A stretch of 64,000 nt of DNA, from assembly GCA_963422375.2 (NCBI GenBank), contig OY729427.2, positions 256,001-320,000 of the forward strand. The letters are read 5' to 3'. The notes under the pieces are model-generated. The model was not told the origin of the DNA, did no database searches, and was given only the letters and a program-made list of their open reading frames with translations. The first letter of the stretch is position 1. Each line of letters begins with the position of its first letter. The DNA is from Bryobacterales bacterium (GTDB taxonomy: Bacteria; Acidobacteriota; Terriglobia; Bryobacterales; UBA6623). The translations under genes and the position numbers were made by a program. This document shows, one piece after another, positions 53,101-60,454 of the stretch.

Positions 53101-53454
53101 GAGGACGACGTCGAAGGTGGCAGTCTGATTGACCACCAGCGCGAACGGCTCGATGGCAGCGGTCCGGAACCCGTCCGTGGCGACTTCGATGGTGTAGTAG
53201 CCCGGCGGAATGTTGACGAAGACATAGCGTCCGACCGCGCTGGTCTCGGTCCGGCGCTCGATGCCGGTCTCCACGCTGGTCAGCAGGACCTCGCCGCCGG
53301 GCACGACAGCGCCCTGCTGGTCGGAGACCGTGCCATTGACACCCGAGCTGGATGCCTGCCCGAACGCCGCGGCCACGAAGGCCACTAGGAGACAGGCTGC
53401 CACTGTTGCTCCGCGCAACTCCGGAGAAGACCGTAGGTGTCTAACAGCTGTCAT
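50113..53454 (-). CDS. TonB-dependent receptor (Oar-like)
   Basis: GTVSDQQGAVVP, LPLNGRNFTQL, IQEFKVQ, TKSG.N, QDSWKVT, RQIQMGLKLYF; AGAGGAG RBS. Confidence 0.93.
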   Translation of the reverse strand: MTAVRHLRSSPELRGATVAACLLVAFVAAAFGQASSSGVNGTVSDQQGAVVPGGEVLLTSVETGIERRTETSAVGRYVFVNIPPGYYTIEVATDGFRTAAIEPFALVVNQTATFDVVLEVGAVTESVTVEAIGAQVQSSSSELGTAMTEQQVVDLPLNGRNFTQLLMLTPGASPVNVAQSRGGFGSTSVGTFSFPSINGQNNRSNLFLTDGVNNQGTMTSTYAVPPIIDAIQEFKVQSHNDLAEFGSVTGGVVNVVTKSGANKVSGSGWWFHRNDNLDARNTFLKDKASLVQNMFGATIGGPVVRNRTFYYAAVQRFTNRAPANRNYQVPTAANRGGDLSDSSRQIFDPYSTTVGPDGKAVREPFGNNFIPPSRLDAGFLYYLEQTVPMPISLGTDLGNLNQRDTTGTALDQDEYSGRIDHRFSDADAAFVRVSGQFSNQTGSAGRQGLTSFVDIENLNVAANWVHTFDPTSILQVSFARTDVKRDTGNSFANVPDGFISTVGWNPEFAGGFRGGTSYVPNVGVAQYFGGGERIGYTRTSDTWQYKGDYTKIAGNHTFKIGAEYNIIGHFGRTNDHTNNFSTVGTASPASPGSTGHPLASFLLNVPNAWSRRDFHKRARGGALYSFFAQDSWKVTPKLTVNIGLRLDATVLPRFGNPEENSVEFGNIDYNDGIYWITAAPPTCEVKRVAPCLPDPSGALPDRVQVAANGYVQDPWPKSWQPRLGLAYRLTERTAIRLSTGVFFDNFAGVTQNTQNLGHTWPDVGRKLQNGTNPADTVPNVSAKNPAPTGILPTATPYNQGAWYSDPRMDNGYSMTWNFGIQRQLDDATMLQVNYVGSGNRRMPLGTYYNVALTPGKPSEARQRAPFPLFRANNYLTSWGRSNYHSLQAQYNRRFSKGLAFMVNYTWAKSIDIGCSGWFVENCSQQNPYNFNLDRSVSGIDLTHNLNFNWVYELPFRFDSPALQAILGGWKFNGLALFTSGQPYTPNVNGDIAGTGLPNGRYRPDYVGDPNPSNPTPAVWLNKAAFAVPQTGTFGNAGRNSLRADGINNVDFSFFKIFSFTETFRMEYRVEFFNGFNSPQYAAPSSNISRGNFGRVLGTANRSRQIQMGLKLYF

Positions 53455-53490
53455 GCATACTCCTCTTTAACTATGCGAACCTTCGGAGTC

Positions 53491-53508
53491 CCATGGAGCG
53501 CTCCAAGG
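53491..53508. promoter_or_regulatory. LacI-like palindrome CCaTGGAGCGCTCCAaGG
   Basis: 12-bp perfect core TGGAGCGCTCCA (53494-53505) between the TBDR RBS and its promoter. Confidence 0.55.
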
Positions 53509-53534
53509 CCCCATAGTCCACGCCCACCATAGGC

Positions 53535-53564
53535 AGTCTAGAGCCTAGCGGTCCGCTTCGTCAA
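53535..53564 (-). promoter_or_regulatory. Sigma70 promoter TTGACG-18-TAGACT for the TBDR-TPR unit
   Basis: Minus-strand -35 at 53559-53564 and -10 at 53535-53540. Confidence 0.55.
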
Positions 53565-53737
53565 CCGCTGACTCGCCGGGCGCCCTCGCGACGCGCCGCG
53601 AGAGCCGACCGCAAGAACCGGATGGCCGGCGACAATGGAGCGAGACCGCGCCACGTCCGAACCGCGCCGCACGGCATGGCACCCTCTCGCCAGAAGACCT
53701 CGGCCGGAATCAGTCGCGTGGCGGGCCCGTCTCCGGC

Positions 53738-55507
53738 ATGACTCCGCGGACCTCCCGCCCGGCCCGCGCGGCTTGGATGGCGACGCTCGCCGCGACGATT
53801 CTCGGCCTGGCGGGGGAGCGCCTGCCGCTGCAGGCGCAGGGGATGTCCACCGCGAGGAGGACTGCGCTGCCCCAAGCCGCACTGCCCGAGGGGGTAATCC
53901 CGCCTCGCGCCGACTTCGCGGATATCGCGGACTCGGCGGGTCTCGGCAGCCACGATCGGGGCGTTCCGCTCGGGACCATGACCTATCTCCCCGAGACCAC
54001 TGGAACCGGCGTCGCTCTCGTTGACTACGACGGCGACGGCCTCCTGGACATCTTCCTCGTCGGAACCGGACGCAGCCCGGCCGACACCGAGGGACGGGCG
54101 CACGCCCTCTACCGGAACCTCGGGGACCTGCGCTTCCGCGACGTAAGCGACGAGGCAGGCCTCGAAGCCACCGGATGGGGCCAAGGAGCATGCGCGGGAG
54201 ACTTCGACGCGGACGGGCGCACGGATCTATTCGTCACTCACTGGGGACAGGACGCACTGCTCCGAAACGTCGCGGGGCAGGGCTTCCGAAACGAGGCCGC
54301 CGAGCGCGGACTGGCGGATGCCCCGTCCCGCTGGAGCAGCGGGTGCAGCTTCCTGGACTTCGACCTCGACGGCGACCTGGACCTGTTCGTGGCGCACTAC
54401 GTGGACTTCGACCCGGAGACCACACCGCTGCCGGGCGAGGCCCCGCAGTGCGAGTGGAAGGAGGTGCCAATCCCCTGCGGGCCGCGCGGCCTGCCCGCCG
54501 AGTCGATGGCTCTCTTCGCGAATGACGGCGAGGGGCGGTTCTCCGAGGTCTCCGAGAGCGCCGGCATCCGGACCGCCAAGCGGTTCCACGGCCTGGGCGT
54601 GCTCGCCTCCGACTTCGACGGGGACGGGTGGACCGACGTCTTCGTGGCGTGCGATTCGACCGCGAACCTACTGTTCCGAAACCGCGGCAATGGTGGCTTC
54701 GAGGAGATCGGCCTGGAGTCCGGAGCGGCCTACAACGAGGACGGCCAAGAGCAGGCCGGCATGGGAGTCGCAGCGGCGGACTACGACGGCGACGGCATCT
54801 TGGACCTCGTCGTGACGAACTTCGCCGACGACGCCAACACGATCTACCAAGGACGGGGGAACGCTCGGTTCCGAGACCGGACCGTGCGCGCTGGACTGGC
54901 GACCGTGACGGCCTTCGTGGGGTGGGGCACGGAATTCGTCGACTTCGACAGGGACGGCTGGCCGGACATCTTCGCAGGCAACGGACATGTCGCTCCGAGC
55001 GTGGACGGGGCGGGCATCGGCGAGAGCTTCGCCCAGCCCAGCCTACTGTTCTGGAATCGAGGGGACGGCATGTTCCACTCCATCTCGGACTCGGCGGGCC
55101 CCGGCGTGTCGGTCCCGCGCCCGTCGCGCGGCGCGGCTACCGGCGACCTAGACAACGACGGCGACGTCGAGATCGTGGTCGTGAATGCGGACGGCCCGCC
55201 CTCCCTGCTACAGAACCGGGACGCCGCGGCCGGGAACTGGCTGACAGTGCGAGCCGTGTCACGAGCCGGAAGCGACGCGGTCGGCGCGCGCGTCTCAGTG
55301 AGCGCCGGGGGCCGCCTACTCGCCGGCGAGGTTCGCAGCGGTGGGAGCTACCTGTCCCAGGGGGACCTCCGGCTGCACTTCGGGCTGGGCGCGGCGGACA
55401 CGGCGACCGTCAAGGTCACCTGGCCGACCGGGGAATCGAGCGCGCCCCGGGAAGTCCGGGGCAACCAGATGGTCACGCTCCGCGAGGGCGCGCAGAGCTT
55501 GCCATAA
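53738..55507 (+). CDS. CRTAC1-like FG-GAP repeat + ASPIC/UnbV protein
   Basis: DYDGDG/DFDLDG loops, CEWKEVPIPCGPRGL, GGSYLSQ..LRLHFGLG; signal-like N-terminus. Confidence 0.9.
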   Translation: MTPRTSRPARAAWMATLAATILGLAGERLPLQAQGMSTARRTALPQAALPEGVIPPRADFADIADSAGLGSHDRGVPLGTMTYLPETTGTGVALVDYDGDGLLDIFLVGTGRSPADTEGRAHALYRNLGDLRFRDVSDEAGLEATGWGQGACAGDFDADGRTDLFVTHWGQDALLRNVAGQGFRNEAAERGLADAPSRWSSGCSFLDFDLDGDLDLFVAHYVDFDPETTPLPGEAPQCEWKEVPIPCGPRGLPAESMALFANDGEGRFSEVSESAGIRTAKRFHGLGVLASDFDGDGWTDVFVACDSTANLLFRNRGNGGFEEIGLESGAAYNEDGQEQAGMGVAAADYDGDGILDLVVTNFADDANTIYQGRGNARFRDRTVRAGLATVTAFVGWGTEFVDFDRDGWPDIFAGNGHVAPSVDGAGIGESFAQPSLLFWNRGDGMFHSISDSAGPGVSVPRPSRGAATGDLDNDGDVEIVVVNADGPPSLLQNRDAAAGNWLTVRAVSRAGSDAVGARVSVSAGGRLLAGEVRSGGSYLSQGDLRLHFGLGAADTATVKVTWPTGESSAPREVRGNQMVTLREGAQSLP

Positions 55508-55626
55508 CGCTCGGACCCGACCCTGCCAGCCGCTCGCTCGCCTGCCTCCGGCCCGCGGCGGGCGCTGCCCCGCCAGCGGCGACGCAGCTGCGAGCGGGAT
55601 CCGGAGCGAGCCGCCATTCGGCCACC

Positions 55627-56899
55627 GAGCGCGTCAAGTGTCTTTGCGCGGAATCCTTGATGCTGCTTGACACTGGATTCTTGATCTCTGGGACTGAATC
55701 CAGCGAGCGCTCTAGCCACATTCCAAGAGCGCGGGTACTGTCGGAAGTCCGGTTACGCCCGGATCGACGCCGTGCTTGGCTGGCTTTACGACAAGGTGTT
55801 GGAGGAGCGCAAGAAGGCATGGGACGAAGACAAGCGCAACCTCTCGTGTTCCGACCAGCGCAGCCGGCTGCCGGAACTCCGCAAGGCGGAGCCGGCGATG
55901 CTCGGCAGCGCCTACGCGGAGGCGATCGAAGCCACGCTCGCACGGGTGGACAAGGCATTCAAGGCGTTCTTCCGGCGGTGCAGGACTGGCGAGAAGCCGG
56001 TCTACCCGCGGTCCAAGCCCGCTAGCACGTTCCGCACGATCGAGTGCTTGCGCCCGCCACGGCGCTGGAGGCGCGGCGGCGGGTACGTCCCGCGCATCAA
56101 GGTCCTGCCGCAGATCAAGATCAAGCCGCAGCGCGGGTTGCCGAGCCTCGAGCCGCAGTTCGTCCGCATCACCCGCACGGACGCAGGGATCAAAGTGAAC
56201 TTGGAGCTCCACGGCGTCCGCAAGCTGCCTCTGCCGCCGTCCGCATCCGCCGCGGGCATCGACCCGGGCGTCGCGGATCAGGTCGCAACCAGCGATGGCG
56301 AGCGTATCCGAGGCGTTGACGACACGGAGCATCGCAAGGCGACCCGCGAGCGCAGCCGTGCGGCCGCCCGCTCGAAGAAGGGACGCAGGACGCGCAAGAA
56401 GCGGGTGCGGGCACTCGGCACGTGTCCAAGCGCAACGCCTGCCATCGCAAGCCCGCGCGACCGGTCCGGAAGCACGGCACCCTCGTGGGCGAGGATCTGG
56501 CCGTCGAGACCATGACGCGTTCCGCGAAGGGCACCGCCGAGACGCCCGGAACGAACGTCAAGCAGAAGGCTGGACCGCATCGCTCGATCCCGAGCCAGTC
56601 CCGGGGATTGCTGCCAAGGCAGCTTGCGTACAAGGCCGGATGGGCCGGTCGCAGGTCCGAGCAGGTCCATCCCGCCCATACGTCGCAGCGGTGCCATCGA
56701 TGCGCCGAAGCGGACGGCTCGAATCGCAAGGGCAAGCGGTACGCCTGCAAGCGCCGCAGCCGCTCGGGCGATGCGGACGTCAGTGCGGCGATCAACGCGT
56801 TGCAGGCCCTGAATTCGCCTGCGGCAGCTTCCAACCGCGGCAATGGTCGCGGTGCTGCCAGGAATCGTCTCGGCCAGCAACGACTCCTGACACGTTCAG
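55627..56899 (+). mobile_element. IS200/IS605-family (tnpB-only) element, copy 2
   Basis: Similar to copy 1; left inverted repeat CTGGATTC...GAATCCAG; right hairpin GGAATCGT...ACGACTCC followed by TCAG end. Confidence 0.7.
55703..56820 (+). pseudogene. tnpB: tnpB pseudogene
   Basis: Position equivalent to copy-1 GTG reads GCG (55703); GIDPG; frameshift near 56420; VGEDLAVETMTRSAKG, QLAYKAGWAG, DADVSAAIN. Confidence 0.85.
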
Positions 56900-56911
56900 T
56901 AGCATATTGCC

Positions 56912-58309
56912 ATGCCAAGGCTGTCAAGACGAACTTTCCTCGGCGCGGCCGGAGGGGCGCTGGGCGCGGCGGGCCGGGCTCGGGCGCAAGCGCGCAAGCC
57001 CAACGTCGTCATCATCTACACCGACGACCAAGGCACCCTGGACGCAGGTTGCTACGGCTCCGACGACATCCACACGCCGAACATCGACGCGCTGGCAAGA
57101 CGCGGCGTCCGCTTCACGCAGGCCTACGCCCATACGGTCTGCTGCCCGTCCCGCTCGCAACTGCTGACGGGGCGTGTGCCGCAGCGCTCCGAGGTGATCA
57201 ACTGGCTGTCCAACCACCCTCTTGACGAGAACGGACGCAACATGCTCGCCAGCGAGATCACGCTGGCCGAGGTGCTTCGCGACAACGGCTACCGCACGGG
57301 ACTGTCGGGCAAGTGGCACCTGGGAGCGAAGCCCGGCCACCAGCCTCTCGACCAGGGCTTCGACGAGGCGTTCGGGCATCTGGGCGGGTTCATCGACAAC
57401 TTCGAGCACAAGTTCATGCACTCGAACCCCCGGCGGCCCCCGTTTCACGACCTTTACCGGAACGGCGAGGAGGTCGACGAGACCGGCAGGTACTTCCCCG
57501 ACCTAGTCGTGCGCGAGGCGACCCGATTCATCGTCGAGAACAAGGACCGCCCCTTCTTCCTGTACTGCGCGTTCAACGTGCCGCACTACCCCGAGCAGTC
57601 GGATCCGAAGTTCCAAAAGATGTACGACAGCATGGCGATGCCCCGCCGGTCGTACGCCTCGATGATCACCACCACCGACGACCGGATCGGACAGGTGCTC
57701 CACGCCTTGGATCTGTGGGGCCTGCGAGACAACACCATCGTTCTGTTCATGAGCGACAACGGGCACTCGACGGAGGAGTTCCGCAACTGGGACGTGAACT
57801 ACGGCGCGAACGGGGGCGGCGGCAACACCGGCCGTTGGCGCGGCGCCAAGGCCAGCATGTTTGAAGGCGGCATCCGCGTGCCGGCGATCCTCAGCCTGCC
57901 TGGCACGCTCCCCGCGGGCGAGACCCGCGATCAGGCGATCTCGAACATGGACTGCTTTCCTACGATCCTCGAGCTGTGCGGCATCGAGCCGCCCGACTAC
58001 GAGATCGACGGCTCGAGCCTGCGGTCCGTGCTGGAGTCGGCGAGCGCGCCCTCCCCACACCCGGTCTTCCATTGGATGTGGCAGACGCAGTGGGCGGTGC
58101 GGGAAGGCGCCTGGAAGCTGATCGGCAACGGCCGAGACACCACCGGGCTGCAGTCGAGGCACGCTCCGCGCAAGGAGATGGGCGAGCTATATCTCGCTAA
58201 CCTTGCCGACGAGCTGCCGGAGTCGGTCGATCACGCCCGGGACCGGCCGGACGTGGTAGCGAGGCTGAAGAGGCTGCACGACGACTGGCTCCGCCAAGTC
58301 ACTCCCTGA
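56912..58309 (+). CDS. Tat-exported Cys-type sulfatase
   Basis: SRRTFL twin-arginine signal, YTDDQG, VCCPSRSQLLTG, GKWHLG, SDNG, EGGIRVP. Confidence 0.93.
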   Translation: MPRLSRRTFLGAAGGALGAAGRARAQARKPNVVIIYTDDQGTLDAGCYGSDDIHTPNIDALARRGVRFTQAYAHTVCCPSRSQLLTGRVPQRSEVINWLSNHPLDENGRNMLASEITLAEVLRDNGYRTGLSGKWHLGAKPGHQPLDQGFDEAFGHLGGFIDNFEHKFMHSNPRRPPFHDLYRNGEEVDETGRYFPDLVVREATRFIVENKDRPFFLYCAFNVPHYPEQSDPKFQKMYDSMAMPRRSYASMITTTDDRIGQVLHALDLWGLRDNTIVLFMSDNGHSTEEFRNWDVNYGANGGGGNTGRWRGAKASMFEGGIRVPAILSLPGTLPAGETRDQAISNMDCFPTILELCGIEPPDYEIDGSSLRSVLESASAPSPHPVFHWMWQTQWAVREGAWKLIGNGRDTTGLQSRHAPRKEMGELYLANLADELPESVDHARDRPDVVARLKRLHDDWLRQVTP

Positions 58310-59056
58310 TCTCACCGGCCTCCTCTCGCAGGCCCGTCCGACCCGCCCGCCGATTGTGACGCCACGGCGACGGTCGCTCCCTTGTGAGAGCCGGGAGGTC
58401 CGAACCTCCTTTGGAGGCCGTCGATAGCCCCTGCAGCAGGTGGGGCTGGCACCTCGCGCGGCCGGCGCTGCCCGGCGAGCACCGGGCGGTCGCCGGCCGC
58501 CGAATCTGTTCGCCTTCCCGGGCCGAAGGGAGCGGATCCGGCTGCCGACCGGATAAGGGGCAGGCCTCAGCCGGCTCCCGAGTTCCGATCGAGAGGGGCA
58601 AGCGCGACCGATATTCCCGCGCGACAGGCCTCCGATTGCTCCTCGTTCGCTTTGCTCGTTGTTCGTGCGCTGGAGGGTGCTACCGCCCGCCGGAGCCTGC
58701 CGGCCTCCGTTCGAGCCCGAGCGGTGGGAGGCCGGTTCCGCTGGTGGCTCGCTGGATGAGGTCCCGACGGCCCGGGATCCCGTCGCGAGTACCGATTCCC
58801 CCGGACTGGACCGCTGCGAGTGCGCGTCTTGGGGCTCATCAAGGCCTCGGAAGCGCCGCCCTGCAAGGAAGGCCCCGGTTTTCCAAAAACATTACTGGAA
58901 ATAAAACAAGACGATAGTATAAAATGAATATAAAAGAACAAGCCGTGCTGCCGCGCAGTGGGCCGCTCCACCCTCGCCGGGCGGGATCAAGACCCCGAAC
59001 GCCATGCTCTGTCGCGTCGAGCGCGTGCCGTCCGGCTTCAAGCGATGAGGACAGCA

Positions 59057-60066
59057 ATGCCACACAGCAACTTCCATCCAGCACCCCCAAAGACCTGGCC
59101 GAGGATCTCCGCATTCGAGAAGCTGAGATTCCCAGTTCGGGAGGCCAGCCTCTTCGCAGCGCTGGGAGATGAAGGCGACGCATTCCCGGCAAGAAGGCGA
59201 TCATCAACGCGGCCGACGGCAGCGTGATCTCAGTCGTCAGCAAGGGCTACCGGATCGTGTCGAACGAGACGGCCCTATTGGTGGCGCGCAAGTGCTGCAA
59301 GGCAGCCTTCCCCGAATTCCGGGAAGACTCCTGGAAGGTCGGGCGGGTCGACGCACCGTCGACCCGAGCGCACTGCCACTTCGACCTGGTCCAATCCTCG
59401 GCCGAATTGGAGTTCACCGGCGTCGAGGCGGCAAAGCGGCCCGATCGGTACGGACTCTTCGTCCGCGTGACCAACAGCTACGACTGCAAGTACGCCCTGC
59501 GGATCGACTTCGGCTTCCTGCGGAAGGTCTGCAGCAACGGGTTGATCCTTGCTGTGTCTGTGATCAGCTTCAGGTTCAGCCACAACAGCCGGAACTTAGA
59601 AGAACGCATGCGGGTCGTGGCCTCGGGCGACGCATTCCAGAAACTGCGGGAGAAGCTGTTCGGCTACCTCGAGCCCCTTAACGGGTGGGGCGTTCCGGTG
59701 GATTACTTCGTTCCCATCACGTGGGCTGCCCTGCGCCTCGGCGGGGCCGCGCCGACCTCGCGCCGCAGGAGCGAGCACTGGGAAGACGTCTACGAACGCT
59801 GCGAAGAGCTCTCGCAGAGCTACGCCGACGACCTCGGCGACAACGGCTACGCGCTATTCAACGTCATCACCGACGTGGCGTCGAAGCCTTGGGGCATCGG
59901 CCTAGGGGCAGTCGAGACCGACCCGCTGCAAAGGAGGGCGGGCCGCTGGCTGGCCGGCGTCCACCGCGAGCTCAGCTCGGGCGGCAACCCTGTCCGCGAG
60001 AGTCCTGCGAGCCTCGCCACCAACGGCAGGGGACGGCCCTTCGCGGACGGCGCACGAACGATGTGA
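59057..60066 (+). pseudogene. DUF932 (DUF945-like) protein with a frameshift near 59175
   Basis: GAGGA RBS + ATG 59057 (MPHSN...LRFPVREASLF); continues in another frame as IPGKKAIIN...VVSKGYRIVSN, TNSYD, RKVCSNG, YALFNVITD. Confidence 0.7.
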
Positions 60067-60454
60067 CAGGCTGCAGCCCGGAATCGAGCGCGTCTCGCGT
60101 ACGGGATCTCGACTCCAGATTGAAGCGGGCGCTCGCTCTGGCCGAGCACCGCCGCCATGGCCAGGAGCCGCTTGGAACTCTCGCGGACTGCCCGAAGCTC
60201 CGACGGCCGCGGCACAGCCGCCGCGCCGCGTGGAGCCGGTAGCGGCGATGGCTGTGCCAGAGTCGCTCCGTCAAGGCCGGACGGGCCTGCAAGTCCCCCA
60301 TGAGGCGGAGGGCGCGGAAACGGACAGCCTCCATCGTGGCGCTCGCCATGCAGATGGACGAGGCTGGGAGGCGACAGGTTCAGCCGGAGGGCGGCGGCGG
60401 GCCTGCACTCGGTAGGGACTCGAGACTGCGCCGCGGACGCTGCAGTTCGCCAGA

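Noticed and set aside
56422..57225. tnpB C-terminal frame reading through into the sulfatase region
   Set aside because: Out of frame with the sulfatase and Arg-rich; read-through of a pseudogene, not a fusion
60063..60420. Segment DSRLKRALALAEHRRHGQ reminiscent of HD-domain N-termini
   Set aside because: No HD motif and an in-frame stop; too weak to call
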